64,000 bases of DNA from Catajapyx aquilonaris (taxonomy: Eukaryota). Made by a program: the position numbers and the translations under genes. Of this stretch, positions 1 through 16,558 are shown piece by piece (the stretch's first letter is position 1; every line of letters begins with the position of its first letter). The stretch covers positions 1 to 64,000 of the forward strand of contig JYFJ02000011.1 of assembly GCA_000934665.2 (NCBI GenBank). The letters are read 5' to 3'. The notes under the pieces were generated by a model that was not told the DNA's origin, searched no databases, and saw only the letters and a list, made by a program, of their open reading frames with translations.

Positions 1-838
1 CCCCCCCCCCCCCCGCCCCTCGAATCCTCCTCCCCTATTCAACGCCTCCACGACGTCATCTGTTATTGCGTCATGCTGCCTTTTAGTCGCCTTTTAGTGG
101 TGACGTCACGGGTGTCCTCTGAACATAGATGCCACATTGCCACCTCGCTCCGACCAATTTTTGCGGAGTGTCGGAGGAAGTGTGTGGCGGCCGGCTGCAC
201 TTGCCCTGTTGTTTGTGGGGCGCGCTCATTGTTGTTGGTTGATTGGCTGGTTGGCAGGTTGGTTGATTGTTGCAGGTGTGGTATTTGTCATGCTTCATTG
301 GTCACTCCGTTGACGGCATACTCCACGACGTTATTGTTGCCAGCACTGTAGTGGTGGTCCTGGTATTTGTCATGCTTCATTGGTCACTCGTTCGTTGACG
401 ACGAACTCCAGGTTATTATTTCCAGCTCTCTAGCGGTGCTGGGTAAGTGGGTAGGCCCGGGCGGGAACGCGTAGCGCCGAAGGCGCGCCAACTGGGGCGC
501 AGCCCCAAGGGGGGGGTGTGGGGGGGCGGAGCCCCCCCGCCTCGCAAAGCGAGTTCACTCTAATATAACCACATGTTGGAAGAGTCAAGGCAAAAGCAGG
601 CAGTAGTTCAGTTTCCAGCAGAGAAAGAGGTGGGTTTCTAGAATGTGTCGTATAGTACTGATAGGGTCTTACTGCAATAAGCAGCATACTCAGGGTGTGA
701 TAATGCTCCTTGTGTAATTGCACGAGTAATGGGATATAATGCCCTGATTTGTTCATTATTATATTGTAAGACACCATTTTTACTGACAGCATTTTGACTA
801 CATATTAATTGCTCGTAAAATACACGCGCCTCTGATAA

Positions 839-2683
839 CACTAGGTAACAAGAAACTCTTTGAGTTAATTTTCTGGCGGCATTGTAATGATTGTGGTGTG
901 CCGAGTTCAAATCTGTAATCGGTTTCGCTCTATCATCTAACGTTTTGAAGTTATTCCATGTTTTATATTTTCACAGTTTTGTCTTCTTATGCTCTCTAAG
1001 GAGTTAGTCTATATATTGCAATACTAACAAGGGAATTGTCAGGGTCGAGAACCTCCGATTTGGTTGAAACTGGCTTGAGGGGTCATTCATGTGCGATAGA
1101 CACATTGGTGAAAGTGTTAGCTCGCTCTATTCAGCCGTTTCTGAGATATGAGCGACAGAAACATCCGAATTTTGGCCGCGCGAATTTGCCGGGAGCCTCT
1201 CTGCCAGCTCCAAATCTCTTCTACCTTGATTCCCCCCACTTTTTTCGATCACACACCACCATCCCCCACTCCCCCACCAACATTTTCGTTTTCCATAGTT
1301 TCTTTGCTCCGGTATTTATTATCTTTATTCGCAATTAACAGAAGCGAAAGAAAGCAGCTTGATGGTCTCGTAATAAATACTGGAGCAAAGAAACTCTGGA
1401 AAACGAAAATGTTGGTGGGGGAGTGGGGGATGGTGGTGTGTGATCGAAAAAAGTGGGGGGAATCAAGGTAGAAGGGATTTGGAGCTGGCAGAGCGGCTCC
1501 CGGAAAATGCGCGCGGCCAAAATTCGAATGTTTCTGTCGCTCATATCTCGGAAACGGCTGAATAGTGCGAGCTAACACTTTCACCAATGTGTCTATCGCA
1601 CATGAATGACCCCTCAAGACAGTTTCAACCAAATTGGAGGTTCTCGACCCTGACCGTTCCCTTGTAAGTTACTGAAATGATTGGAAGGGGGCAAATATGT
1701 CAAAAGGGCACCACCTTTAGCAAATATGTGTCACTCACCAAGGGATTTCCCCTCTCAATCCCTCCACCGCACCCACCCCATAGGCTAGCGCTATAGGCCT
1801 ACACATCCTCTCGTGCCAAGAGAAAAGGTGTTGCTTCCACCGCTTCATATTGTTGGGGTTAGTACAGCAATATTTTTGTAAGACAATTTCATGAAGAAAA
1901 AGGTCTCTTACAGTGCATACAGTCAATGAATGTTCCCAAAGCTACGATATCTGCAGCCAAAGTAAAAGCCGGCATTTTCACGGGCCCACAAGTGAAGCAG
2001 ATGCTGGAGTCAAAGGAATTGGAGGATAAAATGACTCATATTGAAAAATGGGCTTGGAATACATTTCGCCATGTTGTGTATGGCTTCCTTGGAAACAGAG
2101 AGAGTGACAACTATACAAGGACCTCATAGAAAATATGCTGCATGCGTACAAGAACATTGCCGGCTTTCCGAATGTCTCTTAAGATGCACTATACTTGCAG
2201 TCCAATTTGGATTCTTTTCCCCGGACGATTTGGGTGCTATGAGTGAAGAACATAATGGTGAGGGCTTTCTTCAAGATATTTATATTGACATGGAGAAGAG
2301 GTACCAAGGAAGGTGGGATGCAGACTACATTTCGGAGTTTACTACGAAGTGACAGTGGTGTTCATAAGAGAAAAAGTCGCTCAAATATTAATTTTTGAGA
2401 GAAATGAGTTTTTAAGGGAGTGTTCTCATATAATTTCTATTCAGTATTGACTATACCGTGGAAAACGTATCCCTTTGTTACTGTGAAATTCCTTTAAAAA
2501 TTGCCATAACAAATTGTTATGTAGAATAAATACATACGGTAACATAGTGTCGTCATTTCTAAGCTAATGGTTGACGATAGAGCAAAAGCAATTTCATATT
2601 CAGAATCAGCGCCTACAATCACACAAGAAAACATTTAAAAATCGACTCAAACAAAAAAACCACTTATAATTTTGTTATCCATG
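839..2683 (+). mobile_element. Degenerate Chapaev3-like (CMC) DNA transposon, interrupted by a MITE
   Basis: Starts TAA|CACTAGGTAACAAG. A degenerate inverted copy of the ~100 bp end lies at ~2575-2683 (...tttgttatccatg). Frameshifted transposase remnants: SAAKVKAGIFTGPQVKQML, EKWAWNTF..FLGNR, LGAMSEEHNGEGFLQDIYIDMEKRYQGRW. Family call from recalled motifs. Confidence 0.7.
1028..1664. mobile_element. Foldback MITE, ~290 bp inverted arms, TAA target-site duplication
   Basis: taa|CAAGGGAA...TTCCCTTG|taa. The arms are near-perfect reverse complements. The paralogous site at ~10245-10260 (atgc-taa-gttactg) is empty. Confidence 0.92.
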
Positions 2684-3546
2684 TAGCTGGGTCAACAACT
2701 CTTGACTGGTGAGATGTTGTGTAGAAAGAAATTCCCTAAATGGGTAATCGCAGATAACATGTAAGGTTGCACACTGTGTATCGTACATAATGTGCAAAAA
2801 CAACAACAAATAGATGTGTACTGTGCATCTAAACGAGAGATTAAGAAGTGATCATATGTCATACCTTCGCTAATGGTACGGTATCATGTCATAATATACT
2901 ACTTGCAGGTTTGAGGTTCACGCCCGGAACGCTGAAACACTGTAGTTCAACTGTACTAAAGCATCATGAGTGCATATCGGTCGTGACAAAAATATTTCAC
3001 CTTTTATCTAATCCACTCTATAACACCTTTGACAAGATTGACAACAACATGAGTGCCAGTGTCATGGATCATATGGCCTAAGTAACGTGCCTGCAAAGGA
3101 ACTGGAAACATCCAAGGGAGAAAGGAGCTCGATCAGCTCGCTCAACGGTCATATACATCAGGTACAGTGCAGACTACGGATACAATTTATGTTTATTATC
3201 CAGCATCGGGATTTCCATGAAGATGCCCTCATGGAACAATAAGAGTAAACATGTCAGCAAAAGAAAAGTGTCTACTCATATTGTTGTGTGAGGGCATCTC
3301 CACGGAGATAGGAAAACTGGGAGGTTCCACACACGCATTCTAGGATGTCCAGTGACTCCAGTCACAAGCACATAAATTACAATGAGCCAAACTACATGCT
3401 GTGCTTGGCTACAGTAAGGTATAGTCATTAATTAGCAGAAGTTTTGTTTAAATTAATAACAGTGGAACTCTATAGGAATCGAATTACTATGGGTAATGGG
3501 CAAAAACTTCATGTGTTTTATTTGTTTTAATACGTCAAGGGTGAAG

Positions 3547-5815
3547 ATGAAGTGGTTGATCCCATTATGGGGGACAGCAATTTTCCTGCTGCCTGTGGTC
3601 GTGAATGGACAAGAGCCGGACATATGGGAGATAGTGGACACAGCTGCAAAACTGTTTATGGATGTGTTCGATGTTCCCGGCCTTTCCTTGGGAATAGTCC
3701 TGAACGGAACCATCGAAAGAAACACCGGATATGGTTTCCGAAACCTCGAGAAGAAGGAGGAGGCAGATGAAAATACTCTCTTTGGAATCGGATCATTAAC
3801 TAAGGTGAACATAGAAAACGACTCGCATAATACTGTTTCAAGCAGTTCTGCATGATACGTTTACACTTTACAATATATTGGCTTAAAAGGGGTTATCAGC
3901 AATTTTACAGATGCAGTGACTATCACTTTATATGGGCATATAAGGTTATAAAAGGTAATATAATGGGCATATTTGACGTTAACCAACACTATAATGCTGT
4001 TACGCCACGCCTGTTACATTGTGTGACGTACTATTCTGTCCACATGGCCTGTTTACAGGATCATTGAAGGGGACCTTTACTTATTTTTAGACTGATAAAT
4101 TAAATAAAAATGGGCATAATTATGCAGTTTACTAACAGCAAAAATAGCGATTTCGGTGGTAGGGGGCGGGGAATTTTTCCACATGAACCAGCTCAAATTA
4201 GCACCAGGTTGTGACAATCTATAAACACTATGCACAATAACTTTTAGTAATATTATCCATCCCATCCTCAGTCATAAATGTAATTGCAGGCATTCACTGC
4301 CACGATGGCAGTGAAGATATTTCATGAAAGAAATATATCTTTGGACGATCCCATTGTCAAACTTCTGCCGAAGAACAATACCTTTTACCTGTCTGACAGG
4401 TAAGAATGCCGTATTTCGGGGTAGTTCTGCTCGCATTAATTAGGCTTATTAATTACTGCTAATTAATGTCACTTTACATCCTTGCAGATTTCGCTCGGAA
4501 TGCATTTCTATGAAAGATTTACTAAGCCATAGAACCTGCCTATATAGCAACGACTGGAATCTTTTAACAGGTTATAATCTGGACAGAGAAGAAGACGTCT
4601 GGTATGATCATTTACTTCACTAAAACATGCATATTTTAATGCGAGTGCCATAACTTTAACTTGTCCGACGTTCTACTCAGGCGAATGAGGTATCTTCCTG
4701 AATCGTGCTCTTTCCGAAGTAATTTCTTGTACAACAATGCAATGTATACATTGGCGGGTTGGGTTCTGGAGCAAATCACAGGACAAAAGTGGGAAGACCT
4801 GGTAGGTGATCATGGTCAACTATTCAAATATCTAAATAATTCAAGGATTGTTATAGATAAAAGTGTCATTTGAACAGGTAAAACAAGAGCTTCTAAAACC
4901 CCTGAACATGACGGAAAGCATGCTGATGGAGGACATGGTGGAAAAGTTTGATAATTTGCCTGCCGCAACTCCTTACTTCTCCTTAAACGGTTCAATAACG
5001 CCAGTTGACGTGAACCTGACCTTGTAAGATAATACTTTCTACTATCATTTAAAGATAAGTGCAACGTTCCCTTCTCTGAAACCAACGAACATTGCCACGC
5101 AGGAGAATCATCCCGGACTATCCAGCAGGAGGAATAGTTTCCACCTCCTCAAACATGATAAAATGGATGCAATTTCACTTGGAGAAAGGGGAAGGACTAG
5201 TTGATGAAAATGTTATGTCTGAATTGTACAAACCAGTCATTGGACAGGACGCGCATACGAACATACCCGACAAATCATTACATGAATTTTATTACGGATA
5301 CGCGCTTGGCTTCTTAACCGGAATGACAAACAGTAAGAATTATTTTGACTGGATAAGGCAACGTAATTAATCTGGTAACACATATATTTTACAGATTACA
5401 CACGAATAATGCACGACGGTTATTGGAATCAATATAGCAGCCAAATGAGCTTATTTCCTCAACTTAAATTAGGGATAATTACCCTGGCAAATGGACCTGA
5501 TGATGAAAAATCAAGCGTCTTAAATGTCTACTTGCATGATCTCATATTTGAGCTTATTACAAGTAAGCTCTTTAAATACAGTATTAGCATCAGGAACATG
5601 ATGTAAGGACATTGTAATTATGCTTCAATAATCTTAATGCAACTTTACAGAAGGTCAAGGCACCATCAACCCTGACCAAAAGATAAAAGAATGGACAAAT
5701 GATTTTAGGAACCAGAGTAAAGCTGGAGGCGAGGATGCTTCAACCCCATTGTCCACAGACACTTCGTCGAACGCTGATAATTACACCGGTCAATATGGAA
5801 GCTTCGCTTATGGTG

Positions 5816-5910
<95 letters not shown>

Positions 5911-6680
5911 TCAGTTCTGCTGGTGTTGGTGGTGGACATGATAATTCCAACTCTAGAAGGACCCTTTCGGGGGAATTTTATGAGCAACATAAATAACTTA
6001 CTTTTTCCCTCCGAACATATGGGATAGTGCAAGGGGATTTAAAAATATATACAGTATATTGGCAAAGTAGTGTTGATGACAGCTTCTTTACAATCTCCCT
6101 ATCCTGATGCGGGAAGAGTCTCTCTCGGGATGGTCATACTTGTATTTAAAAACCAATTACATCAATCATAATCCGCAGCAGGGGATATGAGGTATCCTCA
6201 ATTAATTGTCATAATATTGTGTACGTAATAAGTAAGTTTACTTTATTTTTACAGGCATTTTCATTCCCATTTTAAGTAGAGTTTATTACCTGCTGTATAG
6301 GGACAGTGAACTAGCGAAGGGAAATGAGGGCATTATGAGGGAAATGTGGGAGTGTTAATGATGATGCTCTAATTCCAGGCAATATCACGGTGACCTCCGA
6401 AAACGGTGCCCTCTTCGTCAAGAGTGGATTTTTAACAGCTCCTTTACTGGCGACTAGTGACGCTGACGTATTCAAGATGGACATACCGAATAGCTCTCTT
6501 GTGGCCGATTTTCAAGGAATTGGAACTGTAATGTACACATTCTCCGAGGTGCAGCCAAACGGAACACGTAACACGCTGGACGTCCAAATCCCCAGCAACA
6601 GACTCCCTGACTTAATATTCAAAAGGGGTTTGCTTCTTTCGGATGGACCGATGAAATTGTGGAATAATACAGATTGCTGA
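3547..6680 (+). CDS. Secreted serine beta-lactamase/PBP-family hydrolase, copy A1 (9 exons, ~536 aa, apparently intact)
   Basis: Exons 3547-3804, 4290-4399, 4488-4601, 4681-4801, 4878-5023, 5103-5332, 5395-5562, 5651-5812, 6379-6680; all GT-AG and phase-compatible. Signal peptide MKWLIPLWGTAIFLLPVVVNG. Motifs: SxxK (FGIGSLTKAF), LLSHRT, YxN (FLYNN), PAGGIVST, H-D-G, and C-terminal YTGQYGSFAYGNITV. Confidence 0.88.
5816..5910. repeat. (AAT)n microsatellite at the start of intron 8 of copy A1
   Basis: Pure AAT run starting right after the GT donor at 5813. Confidence 0.98.
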
Positions 6681-6805
6681 AGCAAATATTGTATGGGAGG
6701 TTAAATAAAGTGATGATGACGATTATATCAGCACAATCTGTCCAAGTCACTTGACTATCTAGTATCTGAAGCTTTTCCAACATATGCCCTACGTTGGCAT
6801 TGACT

Positions 6806-7031
6806 TTATAATATTGATTGATATTAAGGAGGTTGGCCCTGCATTCCCTCGTCAATCTCCAAGGATATAATATGGAAGGAAGGAAGCGGCTGTGGCCTAT
6901 TATACGGAAGCGACCCCGGAATTATCCTAGGAAGACCGTGGAAGACCACATAAAACCACGGTCAGAATCGTCGGCCCCGGGATTCGAACCCAGGACCTCC
7001 CGAATAGCAGTCGGACGCCTTATCCACCATG
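6806..7031 (-). mobile_element. tRNA-derived SINE (5'-truncated) with 14-bp TSD
   Basis: Minus strand has B box GGTTCGAATCC and a 3' GGCCACAGCCGCTTCCTTCC segment. Flanked by cgttggcattgact at 6792-6805 and 7032-7045. Confidence 0.8.
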
Positions 7032-7185
7032 CGTTGGCATTGACTGTAAATTCGTAATAATAAGATGGACATACATCGATTTGGGCTCCTGATTTCCCCC
7101 AATGTATTTCCCTCATGTTTTACAAGAAGGCTGAAACTTTTCTCTTCGATCTGACTTGAGCATCACAAAAGACACGGAAAATTAA

Positions 7186-7332
7186 AGGGACACTCCACTC
7201 AAAATACAAGTTGGTCTCTAATGATCGGTCATAAAATCCTGATTCCGAGGGTATAAGCAGTTTTCCTGAGGGGAATCAGGATTCTTTGCCCTATTTTTAG
7301 AACCCAACTTCTTTTTTGAGTGGAGTGTTCCT
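7186..7332. mobile_element. Kolobok-like MITE (TTAA TSD), internally deleted form
   Basis: ttaa|AGGGACACTCCACTCAAAA...TTTTGAGTGGAGTGTTCCT|ttaa. Confidence 0.8.
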
Positions 7333-8417
7333 TTAAGCTAATATTCAGAAGTAATGGGACTCGACTAGTCCTGCAGCAGGACTAATCCTGCACATCAGTT
7401 ATTCAAATGTATCTTTGTCAGGTGTTGACCGGTAGTGTTGCATGGAGAAAATAACTTACTTTCAGATCAGATACCATGTCAGAAAACAAGTTAGGCGCCA
7501 CATGCACTTTATACCGTATGTGTGAAAATAAAAACAACAACAATGTGGCCTTATGATGAAGAGAATATTAAGTGATTCATGTCATATCTAAGTTACATTA
7601 TTTACTAATTACTATGGCTCTATAATGATAATGCAGACAAACACTTCAATCGGTTTTTTAACAGACCCATGCAGCAAGTAGCTCTTGGTAAGGTTAAAAG
7701 GTCAAACTCGGTCATGGAGTGTCATATCTGGAGATGCTTATCTACAGAGTACACCTTAATTCATTATCTAATGGGTTGCTATGCTCAAGGGTAGATATAC
7801 CTTGGATATATTTTGTCAATAGCTATGTATCTTAAAGTCCTTCAAAATATTACGTGTAATTTTGCTGTTCATTTAAAAACCTTAGCGGATGTCCTTAGTC
7901 TGCAATTCAAAGGTTCCAACACAGAGACCAGGGTCGCACATGATTATTTCACGCTTCATGCCACTGCACTGTCAAGGGCACGATGAATCAGCACAAATAT
8001 AATTGTGTGAACGTCATGAGTACTGTACATATTGGCAGCCACAAAAATACTTCACCTTATAAATACTATCTAATCCACTCGAACACATTTGACAACAAGG
8101 TGAGTATCGGTGACAGTCTGAATCATATAAGTAACGTCAAGAGCTAATAGTAACGTGCGTGCAAAGGAACTGGAAACATCGCTCAACTGTCATACATCAG
8201 GTACTGTACAGTGCATCATTTTTTTAGGCAAGACGTGCTAACTTCCTAATAGTCGGAGTCACTCCTGTCTTGTATTATATAATATTTCAACACCGAGCAG
8301 GTGTCCGTTCTACGCAATAAACATGCATTGAACATCTTGCGGCATATTTTTATAGCATTCCTAGGAGTTACGGTTAACTGTGATAAACTTCATATTATGT
8401 TTTAATCATAGGTTAAA

Positions 8418-8690
8418 ATGAAGGTGAAGTGGTAGATCCCATTATGGTGGTCAGCATTTTTGCCACTCCCTGTCGTCGTGAATGGACAAGAGCCGGACAT
8501 GTGGGAGATAGTGGACACATCTGCAAAACTGTTTATGGACGTGTTCGATGTTCCCGGCCTCTCCTTGGGAATAGTCCTGAACGGAACCATCGAAAGAAAC
8601 ACCGGATATGGTCATCGGAACCTCAAGAAAAATGAAGATGCAGATGAAAATAGGCTACTCTATTTGGAATCGGATCATTAACTAAGGTGA
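8418..8690 (+). pseudogene. Exon-1-only relic of a beta-lactamase-like gene
   Basis: ATG AAG GTG AAG TGG TAG early stop; a small insertion shifts the frame before FGIGSLTK; homology to copy B ends at ~8764 (gttaacagataa). Confidence 0.88.
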
Positions 8691-8829
8691 ACTACGTAGA
8701 AAATGACTCGCACATGTTTGAGCACATGATAATTATGTACACTAATATCTTAGTTAACAGATAACTATTCGGTCATTTGTGGCAGAAGTATGGAGATTTC
8801 GCCACCTTGATTTTAACTGAATGAAGGAA

Positions 8830-9170
8830 GGGAGACGGAGTGGCGCCGCGGTAACGCGTGCGCTCACGGAAGTTAAGGTCCCGGGTTCAATCCCCACCCG
8901 GGGTTCCCACCTTCTTTCGTGCAGAGTTGGGCCATCTCTGGCTTCGTTTCGGGTGGGAATTTCCGCTAGACTAACCCACCCGGGGGAGTTCACAAAATGA
9001 CCAATATACGACATTGCACTTGCACATCCCCTCCTAATTACCCTTACTGGAGCAATTAAGTGTATATATATATATATGTGTGTGTGTGTGTACATCGCTC
9101 CAAACCCCAAATGGTGGTAATCCACCCCCCTAGAAATGACCTATCGGCCAGATAACGGGGTACAACTATA
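8830..9170 (+). mobile_element. tRNA-derived SINE-like element
   Basis: A-box-like GTGGCGCCGCGGT (~8840) and B box GGTTCAATCCC (~8884), followed by a non-tRNA body. The 3' boundary is uncertain. Confidence 0.65.
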
Positions 9171-10066
9171 TATATTTAAAAAAAACTGAATGAAGGACAG
9201 GTACTATCTTTTGGTGAATGTTCCTGGGCATAACTCAATTTTGTCATTTTTGTGGGTTGACACATTATTGCCTAACACTGTCCAATTTTCCTTCCGCTTT
9301 CGATCACTTCTGTGTACGTTGACTGACGCCAAGTTCAACATATGTACCAGACACTACACACGGGTTTGCTGCTATAAATAAATAAATAAATAACTTATTT
9401 TCATAATCTATACGTATGTAAGGCAAAAAAATTAAATTTGTTTGCCTGTGGCAACAGAATTGTGTTGGTGATTACCATAGAAGCAGGCCTATAAATGGTT
9501 TCAAATTTTGCACTTCCCCATTATCCACGCTCTTAAGAACGGGTACCGCTGCTAGTTCCAAATATGTCGCTAAAGCCAAAATATGTCGTTAAGCTTGAAA
9601 TATTCTTTTATATGCAAAATAAGACCCACTTTTTTGGACTCCTGATGTCAGGATTAGGATTTTCATACAAATGACGCCCTCGTGCATACAGAGGAAAAAA
9701 GTACATAAAAACATAACTATCCGCCCCCTACTCATGACAAACTGAACAGATGTTCGACATGCAAGCAAGGTTATTAATTCACTGTAACATAACCGCCTGT
9801 TGGAAGAGTCAAGGCAAAAGCAGGTACGTAGTAGTTCAGTTTCCAGCAGAGAAAGAGGTGGGTGTCTAGAATGTGTCGTACAGTAGCACTGATAGGGTCT
9901 TATTACGATAAGCAAAATACTCAGGGTGGGATAATTATCCTTGTGTAATTGCATGATTAATGGGATATAATGCCCTGATTTGTACATTATACTGTAAGAC
10001 ACCATTTTTACTGACAGCACTTTGACTGCATATTAATTGCTTGTAAAATACATGAGCCACTGGTAA

Positions 10067-10800
10067 CACTGGATAACAAAAAAATATTTGAGTTAATTTT
10101 CCGACCGAATCATAATGATTTTGGTGTGCAGAGTTCAATCTGCAATCGCTTTTGCTCTATCATCATTCTAAAGTTTGGAAGATACGCCATATTTTGCATT
10201 TTCACAGTTTCTTCTGCTCTAAATGGTGTAGTCTATACATTGCAATGCTAAGTTACTGAAAAGATTGGAAGGGGGCAAATATGTCAAAAGGGCACCACTT
10301 TTAACAAAGATGTGTCACTCACTAAGGGATATCCCCTGTCATTCCCTCAACCCAACCGATTGGCTAGGCCAACACATCCTCTCGTGCCAAGAGACAAGGT
10401 GTTGCCTCCACCGCTTCATATTGTTGGGGTTAGTAAAGCAATTTGTAAGAGCTTTGGATGAAGAAGAAGGTCCCTTACAGTGCATACAGTCAATGTTCCC
10501 AAAGCTATCTGCAGCCAAAGTAAAAGCTGGCATTTTCACTGGCCCACAAGTGAAGCAGATACTGGAGTCAAAGGAATTGGAGGATAAAATGACTCATATT
10601 GAAAAATGGGATTGGAATACATTTCGCCATCTTGTGTATGGCTTGCTTGGAAACAGAGAGAGTGACTCCTATACAAGGACCTCATAGAAAAATATGCTGC
10701 ATGCGTAAAAGGACCTGGCTTTCCGAATGTCTCTTAAGGTTCACTACTTGCACTCCCATTTGGATTATTTTCCGGACAATTTGAGGGCCGTATGAGCAGT
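10067..10800 (+). mobile_element. Second, 3'-truncated copy of the Chapaev3-like transposon relic
   Basis: taa|CACTGGATAACAAAA terminus. ORF 10265-10687 reads LLGLVKQFVRALD...FPKLSAAKVKAGIFTGPQVKQIL...LLGNR. Confidence 0.72.
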
Positions 10801-11003
10801 AGAATGGTGCGGATCCATGTTCAAAACCTCACAGTTCCACATGCTGCAGGATTGAAATATGATTTTTGTCCCAAATTTTTTTCAGTCAAATACTTCATTT
10901 GTTCGTGATTCCATCACATCAATGTCAATTCTTATTCACACCTCGCCATATTGTTAGCGAAATGTTACCCCGCTGCTCTGGGGTGAGCGGATTGTACCTA
11001 TTA

Positions 11004-11150
11004 CAGTTGAATCCGGATATAACAGCCTCGGCTATAACTACAGACTTTTGGGGTTATAAAGGCCGGTCCCGGCATGCTTCCATAACGCCCTGTGTATTTT
11101 ACTCTTGACATAACAGACTCATTTTCACCTCACCTCGGGTATAACAAACC
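11004..11150 (+). mobile_element. Tc1/pogo-type MITE left-end fragment
   Basis: ta|CAGTTGAATCCGGATATAAC followed by repeated (g)tataac motifs; no matching right end seen. Confidence 0.4.
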
Positions 11151-11654
11151 ATTTTTTTGGTTGTCTTGTGCTGTATGCATTTACAATAACACCAACAAAA
11201 GGTCATAATCTAAAGTCCGTTAGAGGAAAGAACGATCTGAGGTCATCGTTCTGTTTGCCGACTCCTAGTCAACAGAAATCTGCCAAACGCACCCCTGGAA
11301 CCGCCCATCTTTCAGGTCTCCATGGGGATGCTCTCATGCAACAATAAGAGTAAACAGTGTCAGCAAAAGAAAAGTGTCTACTCATATTGTTGTGTGAGGG
11401 CATCATCACGAAAATAGGAAAAGTGGGAGGTTCCAGAGGCGCATTCTAGGATGTCCGTTGATTCCAGTCACAAGCACATAAATTAAAATGAGCCAAACTA
11501 TACATGCTGTGCTGGGCTCCAGTAAAGTATAGTCATTAATTAACAGCAGTTTTGTTTAAATTAATAACAGTGGAACTCTATAGGAATCGAATTACTATGG
11601 GTAATGGGCGAAAACTTCATGTGTTTTATTTGTTTTAATACGTCAAGGGTGAAG

Positions 11655-15453
<3,799 letters not shown>

Positions 15454-15569
15454 AGCAATTTTTGTATGGGAGGTTAAATAAAGTGATGATGATGATTATC
15501 CGCACAATCTGTCCAAGACTATCTAGTAGCTGAAGCTTTTCCAACATATGCCCTACGTTGTCATTGACT

Positions 15570-15795
15570 TTATAATATTGATTGATATTAAGGAGGTTGG
15601 CCTTGCATTCCCTCGTCAATCTCCAAGGATATAATAGGGAAGGAAGGAAGCGGCTGTGGCCTATTATACGGAAGCGATCCCGGAATTATCCTAGGAAGAC
15701 CGTGGAAAACCACACAAAACCACGGTCAGGATCGTCGGCCCCGGGATTCGAACCCAGGACCTCCCGAATAGCAGTCGGACGCCTTATCCACCATG
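15570..15795 (-). mobile_element. Duplicated copy of the tRNA-derived SINE
   Basis: Near-identical to 6806-7031, with the same flanking direct repeat (one mismatch). Confidence 0.8.
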
Positions 15796-15841
15796 CGTTG
15801 GCATTGACTGTAAATTCGTAATAATAAGATGGACTTACGTA

Positions 15842-15941
15842 CTATATCGCCCAAAAAGATAGAGACGATTTTGCATTTGACTCAAGTGCAACTTGCACTT
15901 GAATCAAATGCCAATCGTCTCTATCTTTTTGAGCGATATAG
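15842..15941. mobile_element. 100-bp palindromic insertion (TA-flanked mini-MITE)
   Basis: ta|CTATATCGC...GCGATATAG|ta, an almost perfect hairpin; absent from the paralogous site at ~7070. Confidence 0.85.
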
Positions 15942-16053
15942 TACATCGATTTGGGCTCCTGATTTCCCCAATGCATTCCCCTCATGTTTTACAAGAAGGC
16001 TGAAACTTTCTCCTCGATCTGACTTGAGCATCACAAAAGACACAGCAAATTAA

Positions 16054-16558
16054 AGGGACACTCCACTCAAATTACAAGTTGGGCTCTAAAAATATGTCAT
16101 AAAATGCTGATTCCGAGGGTATAAGCAGTTTTCCCGAGAGGCGACCGGTAAGGGCAGAGCGAGCCGTCAAAATTCGGCAATTCGAATCTGGCGCAAAAGA
16201 GCAGCGCCTCTCCCGGGTCTGGGCAGACATGGGGATAATCCTCAGCCACCTTTGGTGTACGCCGGTCGACGCCACGTCCTTGCCTTTGGTCCGTGCCACA
16301 GTCTTCATCCTGCCACCTCCCGACCAGACCCGATGTTCAGGACTAAACCAGGTTCGCCTAGTACCCGGTGGCGGCGCGAACTAGTGGGGCTGGCTGGACT
16401 GGCGGGGCGGCTCATTAGCAGACGACGCAAATTCTGAGACTTTGACGGCTCGCCATGGCCTTACCGTTCGTCTCTCAGAAAAACTGCTCATACCCTCGGA
16501 ATCAGGATTTTTTGCCATATTTTTAGAAACCAACTTGTTTTTTGAGTGGAGTGTCCCT
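16054..16558. mobile_element. Kolobok-like MITE, longer form with GC-rich core
   Basis: ttaa|AGGGACACTCC...GGAGTGTCCCT|ttca, with inverted arms of ~120 bp; same insertion site as 7186-7332. Confidence 0.8.

Noticed and set aside
279..389. 29-bp direct repeat (tggtatttgtcatgcttcattggtcactc) as a CRISPR-like array
   Set aside because: Only two copies, eukaryotic context, no cas genes.
1036..1632. Mirror-image ORFs on both strands
   Set aside because: Artefact of the palindromic MITE; no recognisable protein.
5699..6032. Poly-I/N/Y/L ORFs (also 13813-14192 and 27733-27984)
   Set aside because: Translations of intronic or intergenic microsatellites.
8830..8905. Possible tRNA gene (also the minus-strand heads at ~6975-7031 and ~15740-15795)
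   Set aside because: A/B boxes are present, but no convincing cloverleaf or terminator, and they continue into SINE-like bodies.
9500..9556. Possible Helitron 3' end (…gctgCTAG|T)
   Set aside because: No clear subterminal hairpin or 5' end found.
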